The position numbers were made by a program, and so were the translations under genes. From Calcarisporiella thermophila CBS 279.70 (taxonomy: Eukaryota > Fungi > Calcarisporiellomycota), in assembly GCF_041956535.1 (NCBI RefSeq), contig NW_027192200.1, positions 154,608 to 206,507 on the forward strand: a stretch of DNA of 51,900 bases. The letters run 5' to 3'. Under the pieces are notes generated by a model that worked only from the letters and a program-made list of their open reading frames with translations, was not told where the DNA came from and did not search any database. Below, one piece after another: positions 42,027-51,900 of this stretch; positions within the stretch are counted from its first letter, which is position 1; the number at the start of each line of letters is the position of its first letter.

Positions 42027-43551
42027 CTAGGACCGCCTCCGTTTGGATTTTTTCTCCTGCGAGAGAGAGAGTGCTTCATTTGCCGCACTGGCGACAGCGT
42101 TTATGGAGCGAAGTGCAGCAGAGATCTCCACGTAATCTGGATGAGCGGGAGGAGTATGCTTCTGGAGCTGGGATAGAAGCAGGCTGTATCTGGTGATGCG
42201 CTGGACTGGCATAATAAGATAATCGGCAAGTGTTAGGCGCACTTTTTCACGCCTCTTTTGTTGCTCCTATAAACAAAAGGTAAGACGAATATTTTAGTAA
42301 ATAAGTGCAACCCCATAGTGAGCCCATCTATACATACTGTGAGGAACTTGCGATAGATCATCTTGGAGCTATTTCGTTTCAGAGCGGCTTGAGATTCAGG
42401 ATAGTTGATCGCGTATAATACGTAGGAATCAAAAAGCGCTTCTCTTCTCAGGAATATTTTCCCGATTTTTGTGTAATCATCACACCATGTGGTCATGGCA
42501 CGTTTTAGATCCCGCACCAGTGCTGCACTGAGTAATATCAACTCTCGGATTGGCCCAAATATAGTATTTACGTCCTCAGGGTTGACGAGGGGCTTTGTGG
42601 TGCGGGATGCGGTGTCGAAGGGGAAGAAGAAGAGGGACTCGATAGATTTAAGATGGGAGTAATAGGTGGCCTCAGTATCAAGAAGTTCTTGGACTATGAA
42701 GCGGCGGAGAGAAGATGAAGAAATATCTTCAGAAAAAGGCAGCTAAAAAAGCATGTAAACAATTAGCAAAACTAATTACTTGCATTGAAGGAAGATAAGA
42801 AGAGGGGATTTACCATTTTCGAATAACTCTCCAACGCGACTTGTCTCTTGCGCGCATCGTCCTTTTCTGAATATGAAGTGCTCCTGTCAACATTACACTT
42901 TCGTTCCCACGGTGGCATATTTATCTCAACATTCGAATGTGAACGCTGCATGTAGGATGGAACTCTCGAGGTGGCACATGCTTCTCTCCTTTGTGTGCTT
43001 TCTGTGGAGTTAGGGAGTGGAGGTAGCGGCCCATCGATCACATATTGAGGCATGGGAGGCGCTTTTGGTATCACACGATTTCTCCGATGAAGCAGCTGGT
43101 GTTGACATGATGCCACTTTTGTAACAGGCTGGGCGACAGAGCCAGAACCAACGCTGCGAGTATATTTGGCAGCCTCTTCGCGATTTTGATCCGTCTTTAA
43201 CCGTTGAAAGTTTACTCTAGTCGATCTATGTATCGATCTTCTTCTTCGACGGTTAACTTCTGTCACTTCTTTTTCGTCTCGCTGCTGCTGTTCGATCCCT
43301 TGAAATGCAGTCAAGATATTCTGTACATAGTGTGCAAAATCTGCATCAAAGCCCTCCACTTCCATCTTCTTCAGCCTGTTCGGTTCCATTATATTAGAGT
43401 CTTTCAAAGATGGGCCTGTTTTCGAGGTCGAATGGAGCAGTGCCAAGTGAGAACGAAGTTCGTCAGCTGTACCGGGGGCGTGCCGTGAGAGGGCTTTGTT
43501 GCGAGAGTGTACGCTCGGTAGAGCTGTGGACTTATGCAGTGCAAGAGACAT
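42027..43551 (-). CDS. Dbl-homology (RhoGEF) domain protein, 3 exons
   Basis: RRFIVQELLDTEATYYSHL...IFGPI..I...IGKIFL...Y..YAINY...LADYLIMPVQRITRYSLLL..L.KHTP..HPDY. Low-complexity N-terminus; no PH domain visible. Confidence 0.88.
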
Positions 43552-46500
43552 CTCTAACTTGAGTTAGGAGAAAGGAAGCGGGTATTCAGCCTAAAGATGG
43601 ATTATAGATCGAGGGTAGAATGAGAGGAAGGATTTATTACGAAGGGGAAAGCAGCCGGTCCTTTAAAGAAGGGAAGAGAAAAACAGAGTGGGGGATTTGA
43701 TTACATAGAATAGTTAAAATAAAAGTATTTTATCTTAAACTAGGCGTCTTTTTAAAATGAAAGGCGCATTCTTCCGTGCCGGCGAGGGTGAGAAATCAGG
43801 GAAATTACTAGCGAAGGCAAATGCAAAACGTGAGCAATGTCTCAGATTTTCAACAACATGGGCCATACACGAGATAGTTACTAAGCCGTGACTTGAATAC
43901 TTTCGTAGACTGTTTCAAATATGATATGTGCTGTTTAAACCGTTCCCCTAGTTCTTTAACCATGCAACCTCCCCACTACATTCCCCGCTTAACTTCATGG
44001 CAAAGAAGATTACAAAATTGGAAATACAGCATTTGGTAGAGCTCGTTTCATTGAGCAATCCCCATAGATTCAATAACCCGACCAAATAACCCTGAGAATC
44101 GAATCGCAATAAAAATCAAACACATGCACGTCATCAAGACAGGGGGTTTAACGAAAGGCTATATACTATATATATGCTATATACAAATTTTCAAAATATT
44201 TATCTTCAAAAAATACATTTAATTATAATTGAAATAGGTCAATTAACGATGATACTTTTCTTCACTTCTAATATACTCCAATGGCAAATCTACAATATGC
44301 TACTTCCATTTCTCTACACGTAGGGTCTAAGATCGTAATTTTAAGTATGATACCTCCTAGCCGTGTCTATATTCATTGAAGGCTCAAATGTAAGCGTTAA
44401 AAACATGGGATCGGATGCCCACCGAGAAAAAACTTTCTTCACGTGTGTTTTGCCAGCTCAGTAGAAATTGATAATAGGAAAAACCAGGGGATATTCTTGT
44501 GAGAATTGAGTAAATTCTAATGTGCTAATAGTTTAAAAGGCACTGACCACAAAGTGATGAGATTTTGATAATGATCAATGGAAACAATTCCGAATTGATG
44601 CGCAATAAGAAGGCGAGTAAAAAACTCGCACATGCCAATGGAATAAGAAAAAAGCAATCGAGTTGCCTAAAGACTTTGATCAAAATGTCTTGCATGGGCA
44701 TTAGATAAGGAAACGACCTCCGGGATACAAGTAATGTATATATACGGTAATTTTACATTCTATCTCTTGAAACTTGCATCCCAGCTCCGCTGTTGATTTC
44801 GAGCTTTGCTAATGTGAAGCCTTCTAAATACAGTGTGGTAAGGGTCTTAGGCTGAGGGATTTACACCTAAGGTTAATTAGGATTTACTGCAATGGAAAAA
44901 TTAAGAAAAGCTTAAGATATCAAGGACGCGGTAAACTGAGACTAAATTGGGGTAGTACCATTATAGTAATGGTACTTTTTGATGCGTAGATTACATTATG
45001 TTGACACTAGTTAACAAGAAAATAAACACAGCGTATCATGCAACAGGTACAGTGACATCAGTTTATACTTTATCATTTTCGGATTCTCAAAAGTGTAATA
45101 ATCAATTATACTTACACGCCAACATTTACAGAATACCTCTAGTACATCAGTTGAATAAGTGAAGTGCTTCATTATATTGCTGTTTGTTAGATTGTAATTA
45201 TTTGGATACAATCTTTTCAAGAGATTGTGTAGATAATAAACTTACAGCAGCTGCATAGTTAATGCATCTGAAATCATCGAAATACATATATGTATTTATG
45301 ATATTTCATTGAGCCCAGGATGTGTCCACCCTTTGTTCGAAGTCTGCTCTATTGAGGTCTGTTCTTAGAACATCTAATTTAAAGCTACCCAATTCATCCA
45401 CTCTCCTGCCTTGGAATCCTTAATGTATTTGCAGATATCCCGGGGTGGCCTTCCAGAATCCACTGGAATCTATTTTTTCGACATTCTTTTATAGCGGCAA
45501 CGATTTTTCCTAAGATGAATTAGAAAGGATGTGATCACGATTTACCTTAGCTCTCTCAAGGAACAGATAACCATCAGTCAAGTGAGCATAGATGAGGAAT
45601 ACTTTTATATACAAACTATTGTGCTTCCACCATATGCTTCTGGATACAGGACGCTGTTTTACAGACTATCTTGCATTACCTATTTTGCGAGGTGTAATGA
45701 CTGAGTGTGGAATCGATCTAATCAGTCTTATAGTTCTCAAGAGAGACCTAAAATTATTAGCGCAGTGCGGAAAGTAAATATTCTAATGCCCACTAATAAA
45801 TGATTTATTTTATCAAGACTAACATAATATACACTTTTTAAATTAATTTAGTTTAAAAGAGCACAGCCAAGGTTTCCTCCTACTCAAAGGACTGGGCAAT
45901 ACACGAGTGGATTAAGGAACTGATCCATGATAGGCATAGGTGTTACGCTTGTTTTTACTTACATCTATACCTATAAAATATCGATCATTATGCTTTATTT
46001 TCAAATATCATCTTTGACGACTTAGGCGCATATCAAGTAGAAAAGTCAAGAGAAAAAATCGGTAAGGGTATTTGATGAACCCGAAAGCTTATCATTAAAT
46101 TCAATAGGTGCGAGCGATGCCCAGTATGAAGATTCTGAATTACGGTTCGAAACCTCAGATAAAATTAGTGTACAATATTAGTATAGTGCGGTATATATAC
46201 AACATTATATGAAAAAAATATCTAATTCTTTCACAAGACTTTCTTCTAATCTTCCTTATTTTCATTTCTAGATGAGCCTCTGATAAAACGACGAAAGGGA
46301 TAAAACGATATTAGTGTATTTCAAGATCAGGACACAACAGATACAAATGGGGAGCGCCCTCCGATGAATGCCCAGCAATTGAGCAGAGTAGGAAGAGAGC
46401 CAAAAGGAAGAATATTGAGAATGTAAATTAACTCAAAGCGAAGAAAGGGATGTGGAGTGCGGGCCCAATGGATATTTGATAAGTGCAGCCAGAAAAAGAG

Positions 46501-47753
46501 CCGGGTAAATTCTATCGTAAGTAAACTAAAATCCTAAGGTAGCAAAGATTTTTAACAAATATTTTATCTAATTAATGTGTTAAAAATAATATAAATACAA
46601 AGTAATATTACAGAGAAAATAGTGAGAAAAATAGCAAGTTATAGGTATAGAAAACTAAAGGAATATGGAATAAGAAATCATAAAGGTTACATAAAGAAAC
46701 CATAAAGGTCTGGTTCGCGATTCTATATATTTTCACAGCCCTACGATTTTTATAAGATTTTTAATCATTTCCTCTATTGGAATTTTTTGTAGGGACGATA
46801 CCACATGGGACCACAAGAAATCCTAATCCTAAAATCGGTGTGTGGCAGCAACATTAAAAGTGTTGAATTTGGGTTTATGATGGGGCACCGACTTAAAATA
46901 CCCAACTCTTTGAATAGTAAAGAAGCATAACGCGGAATGGAACACCTTTACCCCCTCCCCTCATCTCCAATGAACGCAAAATGGGCAGATAGTATTCACT
47001 CATTAGTGATACAAGCTGATCACAACAATATTCCTCAAAATCTTTTTATTCCCACTTTCTTTCTTATGAGTCATCGACCTTTCTTACCTAAGCTAGTTCC
47101 GACTTTTACCTTATAGATTTTGCTTTTCTCTTCTTTTACAGGCAAATAATGCTAGAATAAAAGGTTGATTTTGAGTTTGGGAGACAAACTTTGATATAAT
47201 TTATTTTCTCTCAGGGTCACCTATGAAACTCAGCTCTCATGTAACCCTCAATAGAAACTGGTTCCAATAGATATTCGCCAAAGTAACCTTAGTTGGAGAG
47301 GATCCCATCCTCGAATAGTCTTTACTGAGTCTCTCCTTACCATCATAACCCTGTCTGATCTAATGGCAGATGATGAATTCCGCACTTTGGAGCGTAGTAG
47401 GCAGGATCTATTCATAAGTACAACACTCGGTGAGAAAACACCCCAACCTTTTTTTATCGAACTGAGAAAGCTATGACGCTGAATTATCGTATAACTTCTC
47501 AGGCGAAGTTAATAGACGATCGAAATGGGACCTGGGACCTTCAGCAGTGAGGCGAAGTCTGCTGAGGTTATAAAAAGAAAAATGTTTCCTCGGAACTATC
47601 CAAATTTTCATTCATGTAACAGTGTCTCGTAATATTTTTATCATCTGTTTTGAGTCATTTTTCAATTTATTTTCTTATATAAGGACAGCTTTTATTTTAT
47701 CTCTAACATTTTTAGAAGAACTCATACTGCCTGCTATTCTCATTTCTCGAAAC

Positions 47754-47990
47754 ATGCGCTTCATACTAGTGATTAGTTTGCTTTGTGTGCTGGCAAGCCT
47801 CGTGACAGCACAGTCTTTTGACGATGTGAGCACCAAACAACTTTGCCAAAACCACGACGGGAAAGCACCTAAGGCCTGTGAACAGTGCTGTGCTCGACAG
47901 TGTAGCCCGGGTGGGAACGGTTATGCGCAATGCGTCTACTGTTGTCGGAACAGACAGAAGCAATGCCAAAAGTGGTGTGGAGTACCATAG
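47754..47990 (+). CDS. Small secreted cysteine-rich peptide (78 aa, 10 Cys in mature part)
   Basis: Signal peptide MRFILVISLLCVLASLVTA; mature QSFDDVSTKQLCQNHDGKAPKACEQCCARQCSPGGNGYAQCVYCCRNRQKQCQKWCGVP; TATATAA about 75 bp upstream; intronless. Confidence 0.85.
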   Translation: MRFILVISLLCVLASLVTAQSFDDVSTKQLCQNHDGKAPKACEQCCARQCSPGGNGYAQCVYCCRNRQKQCQKWCGVP

Positions 47991-47994
47991 GATT

Positions 47995-48690
47995 TAGGCG
48001 CTGGGTCCAGTGCTCCAGCACAGGGTACATGTGGTGAGATGCTGAAACATTTAGTTGTAATGACGTAAGACTAGCGGGCCGCGGTGTTGAGGCAACCTGC
48101 CAGCTTGTGCCATTGCATATTGTTTTTGTTTGATAAAATAAAAGTTAGTTTGTGAACGGAGGTCCAGACTTTCTCCCAATCTTTGGGTGTTGATCCAACC
48201 TCGGGCCAGGATCGAGGCACCAGTGTATTCGGCTCTAGAGAGCCATTGCGCTGGGAGTGACGGCCCTGTCGTGTGGTGTATTCCGCGACGGGCCTACCGG
48301 GCAGGTGGCAATGGTAGAGTGGGTGAGGGTGTTGCTGCGGTATATCAGTGCATTCTGTGACTTTTGCAACTAAGATCGGGGGTAGGTTGAGAAACCTGAG
48401 GTCCCATCCAAGAGAGCGATCGCAGTATCGACGGTGACACGCTCTCCTTAGCTTTTCAGTAGGGAGCATAGAGAATCTGCGTTCCATTTCCGATAGTCTT
48501 CCACTATTTCCGTCAAATAGTGCTTGTTTATGAAGCGATCTGCACTTGATTTTTCTGCCCCAGCGGACAAACGTTAGTATCTCGTTAAGTAGGTACGGCG
48601 GTGTTGGAGTTTTGGCTCCTCAATCTGTCAGAAAGGAATGTCTCCAGGGCCAAGAGACCCCAGAAACACCCCCTACGGCTGAGAGTTTAC
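47995..48690 (-). mobile_element. Degenerate internal fragment of L1/Tx1-like non-LTR retrotransposon ORF2 (region leading into the zf-RVT knuckle)
   Basis: Translation ...SWPEVGSTPKDWEKVWTSVHKL...QWHKLAGCLNTAAR, then a CTLC remnant at about 48020-48031, with stops. Boundaries are approximate. Confidence 0.6.
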
Positions 48691-48720
48691 TAAAAAAAAA
48701 TCCCCAGCGGAGTCGATAAG

Positions 48721-49473
48721 TTTTTTTTTTGAGATTAATGGATCTTTATTGTAAAGTATCCTTTTAGGTTAATATAGTGACTTGTCAGTCCTCAGAAACA
48801 AGAAATACATGTAAGCAATGGTTGAGCGTGTGAATACCATCCTATTTTTCAAGGACGGTATTATAGAGAAAAAGAATATAAACAAAAAGAAAAAAAAAGG
48901 AAAAATTGGAATGCGGGTGGTAGGGTATTCGGCATGGTCGTATTGGAGCTAAGTGTTTTGGTTGAAGGATATTTCGTCCCCTTGGACTTGTATCCAACTT
49001 CCCTTACACCAAAGCTCTTGGAAATCTTCTTTCTTATCCTTTATGGATGCTGACCACCATTTGGATCTCACGATGTTTTGCATTTCGTGACCTAGTTGTT
49101 CAGCGAGCGCTATTTCGCTTGGTTAGGCGTTATCCATTATTATCGATATTCTTGATCGATAGATGATCCAGATTGCTGCATCATGGACCGTTGACACTGT
49201 CGATAAATTTTTTTTCCTCTAAGGACGCGGGAACTTGCGTCCTGTGGTTTATATAATATATATTACAAATGTGAGATATGCTTTCGGACAAGCTTATTAA
49301 TTACTAGTAAAACATGGGATATAATTTAAAGAGTTCGGTGCTTGGAAATGTCGGATTAAGTGTTCTTGGCTTCCTCGCAATCGAAGGCTACTTCTTGACT
49401 GTCATCGATCTGGATTAGCGAGCTCTTTCCCCATTTTTGCTTGAACCCTTCTTCGTCTTTTTTCCTCTGTGCC
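48721..49473 (-). mobile_element. 5'-truncated L1/Tx1-like LINE with poly(A) tail and 16-bp TSD
   Basis: Poly(A) appears as a T-run at 48721-48730, preceded on the minus strand by AATAAA and a pyrimidine-rich 3'UTR. The degenerate ORF2 end reads ...VHDAAIWIIYRSR...KEDFQELWCKGSW. Direct repeat AGTCGATAAGTTTTTT lies at 48711-48726 and 49474-49489. Confidence 0.85.
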
Positions 49474-49852
49474 AGTCGATAAGTTTTTTGGCCCTTACGC
49501 AGTTACATCTTTCTTTATAAAATATAATATCCCCTCAACAATTGTTTTAATTTCGGGGTTGGATAACTAGGTGATAGTTGACTAGGTGCTGGTTTATTCA
49601 CTAAAAGAACTCCAAAAGAACTTCCTAGAACTCTCTCTAACTAAAGTATACATGTTATAGGACTATTTATACACTTAAAATATCAAAGTTACGTAAATAA
49701 AACAAATTTGGCGTTATTAAAAACGTCTGAAGGCTAATAATACGGTTTCTCGGTTGTAATCTGTTGAAACGCTGAAGTATGTCACGTGATTAGTGGCTTA
49801 ATTTGACCACATCTCCACAGCTATCACAACACAATTCTGACAACTGATATAA

Positions 49853-49925
49853 GCCCGGTTAGCTCAATCGGTAGAGCGTGGGACTTTTAATCCCAAGGCC
49901 GTGGGTTCGAGCCCCACATCGGGCG
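49853..49925 (+). tRNA. tRNA-Lys (anticodon TTT)
   Basis: GCCCGGTTAGCTCAATCGGTAGAGCGTGGGACTTTTAATCCCAAGGCCGTGGGTTCGAGCCCCACATCGGGCG: full cloverleaf, A and B boxes, no intron, downstream T-runs. Confidence 0.97.
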
Positions 49926-50776
49926 TTTCAATTTTACTCGCTTTTTGTATCCTCGAATTTTAGATTGTTACTAAAGTATTTTAAGCTAGCATAAATTGCT
50001 GAGAAGCTTATTATACTAGCTAGAATTAACGAATTGAAATCATAAAATCACTCCATGATTATGAAGTAAAATTGGAAAATTGCAAAAGAAATCGAGAATT
50101 TAAGGTATATCTGCAAACATAATTTTCACTCTTGAAAGGCCAGAAAATAACAATGTGCGAATCCAGTGTTTCTTGGATGCACTAGAAGTTGACTTCATCA
50201 AGTGGAGCCATCGGCCTTCGAAATAGAAGTCGAGTCGCTTGCGGATAAGAATTGAATAAAACGAGAAGAAGTACTAAGTGGAATGCTGCAAGGAGCATAG
50301 CAGTAAGCGTTCCACGCTTAACGGTTATTAGCTTTCTTTGTACCCACATCTTATTCAGAAACCCCTCCATATATAGTGTATCTTGGATATATCTATTGAA
50401 CCTTAGTATAACGTTATATAGATGTAGTTAAAGAGCATTAACTTTACAATGCCTTTCTTGCCAAACACATTGACAATCTTCTCGGCATCTCGTAAAGATT
50501 CTCTTGACTGGATTAAATTACGATCATATTTTTTCCGAGCTTTCTGGTCCATAAATTCAATGATATTCTTCAACCGATTGCAGTGACACTATTTCATTGC
50601 AGCGCATAACATAAAATTATAATTGAAAATCAACAAGACATAGTATTGGACATCAAGTTTCGCATCAAATTAATTCATAGCGATTAGATCGAAAATCATG
50701 CGGATAATCCGCATACTAATTCTATCATATTGTTACAACATCTCAAAAAGAATACTTATAAAAAAAGTAAAATAAA

Positions 50777-50849
50777 CGCCCGATGTGGGGGTCGAACCCA
50801 CAGCCTTGGGATTAAAAGTCCCACGCTCTACCGATTGAGCTAACCGGGC
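50777..50849 (-). tRNA. tRNA-Lys (anticodon TTT), second copy
   Basis: The reverse complement differs from the first copy at 2 positions (variable loop and T-loop) and is followed by T-runs. Confidence 0.97.
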
Positions 50850-50925
50850 TGTTCTAATTGGCCGGTTTTTATAAGCTATAAGAAATTCGAAATGCCAAGT
50901 TTTTTTGGCATATCGTACTGGGCCC

Positions 50926-51526
50926 CAGAATACTCAGGTGCTGACTGCTCGCAACCTCATTTTAGGAGACCTAACGGAATCCTCGAGAACAGCGAGATAC
51001 GTAGCCCAAATTGTCTTTGACTCCGTGTTATGGCAAATCCACCGAGACCGAATTGCCTTCCATTTTGAAAGCACCCGAGCCTCACCTGAAATAATCATCA
51101 ACCGGGCCAGATTAGATATTGAGGAAGCTATAGGAGCCGAAATAATACGAGCACGAAAAAAACAGCAAATCGAACAGTTTCGAAAAAGGTGGTGCAAACT
51201 GGGCGCGGTTAGAGAAGGAACGATCGGAGCGGCTCTGATACTGAGATAATGCAGTAACCCCTAATTTATCTCCTTCCTACCCTCTACTTCCTTTTTACTC
51301 TCCACCCCATCTCTCACGTCATTCTTTGATATACACAGCTAGTAGAGACTCACCACTCCTCTACCTTTTGAGCCGAAATCCGGCATGACCACCATTTCAA
51401 TTCGTTCTAAAATATCCCCTTAAGCTTCAACATTAGTTTCCTCTTCACTTTATTGCTTCTATTAATGTAACCATTGTACTTTAGAGTCTTTACAAACAAT
51501 AAAGACTCAACATTGATAAAAAAAAA
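50926..51526 (+). mobile_element. 5'-truncated L1/Tx1-like LINE (copy A) with poly(A) and 16-bp TSD
   Basis: Open ORF2 C-terminus (...VLWQIHRDRIAFHFE...FRKRWC...) to 51249, pyrimidine-rich 3'UTR, AATAAA at 51498, A9 at 51518-51526. Flanked by ATATCGTACTGGGCCC at 50910-50925 and 51526-51541. Confidence 0.88.
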
Positions 51527-51541
51527 TATCGTACTGGGCCC

Positions 51542-51900
51542 TAGTGCAGTGGACAGAAAGGTGTATCAACACCATCTCAGGCCCCCTAAACACTCAAGTG
51601 CTGAGCCCCAGGAACCTCGTACTTGGCGACCTACCAGAAGCCCCAAGGACAGTAAGACACACGGCCCAAATCGTCTTTGATTCGGTGTTATGGCAAATCC
51701 ATCGGGACCGAATCGCCTACCATTTCGAATGCATTCGAGCATCACCCGAGACAATCATCCTCCGTGCCAAAATGGACATCGAGGAGGCTATCGGAGGTGA
51801 ACTGATAAAGGCACGTAAAAGACGAGAGATGGTGTTATTCCGAAGAAGGTGGTGCACTCAGGGAGCGGTAATAGAAAGTTCGGATAGAGCAAGACTAAAA
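51542..51900 (+). mobile_element. 5'-truncated LINE (copy B, diverged relative of copy A); runs off the window end
   Basis: Open frame ...GPLNTQVLSPRNLVLGDL...VLWQIHRDRIAYHFE...FRRRWC, homologous to copy A with many synonymous differences. Confidence 0.85.

Noticed and set aside
47960-48035. LINE zinc knuckle (CTLC...HHFWHC) overlapping antisense with the Cys-rich peptide C-terminus, suggesting exaptation
   Set aside because: This needs a stop, a frameshift and over-long spacing, and is likely a by-product of antisense Cys/Trp/Gln codons.

Overview
This is eukaryotic, intron-rich DNA, most consistent with an early-diverging fungus (Mucoromycota-like; an inference from gene content and short GT-AG introns). 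Positions 1-43.6 kb are gene-dense, with about 21 housekeeping genes: NudCD1-like, Kex1-like carboxypeptidase, OSCA/TMEM63 channel, NRAMP, Rab6, Cdc11-type septin, complex I 9.5 kDa subunit, Stf2-like, cytochrome c peroxidase, cAMP-receptor-like GPCR, sulfotransferase-domain protein, Sec61a, RFC, ARFRP1, double-SCP2, AidB-like acyl-CoA dehydrogenase, Yea4, Fpr3/4, Trm61, a DMT transporter and a RhoGEF. This part also holds two identical U2 snRNA genes 31 kb apart that share a distinctive upstream element. Positions 43.6-51.9 kb are accessory-like: AT-rich DNA, a small secreted 10-Cys peptide gene, and a convergent pair of tRNA-Lys(TTT) genes. Upstream of each tRNA is a stack of 5'-truncated L1/Tx1-like LINE copies with their 5' ends facing the tRNA. 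Two copies have clear poly(A) tails and 16-bp TSDs, and two diverged subfamilies sit at the same site about 60-75 bp upstream of one tRNA. The best candidate for a new system is a tRNA-upstream-targeting non-LTR retrotransposon, reminiscent of Dictyostelium TRE5. CDS coordinates are gene spans (start codon to stop codon, introns included) assembled by eye.
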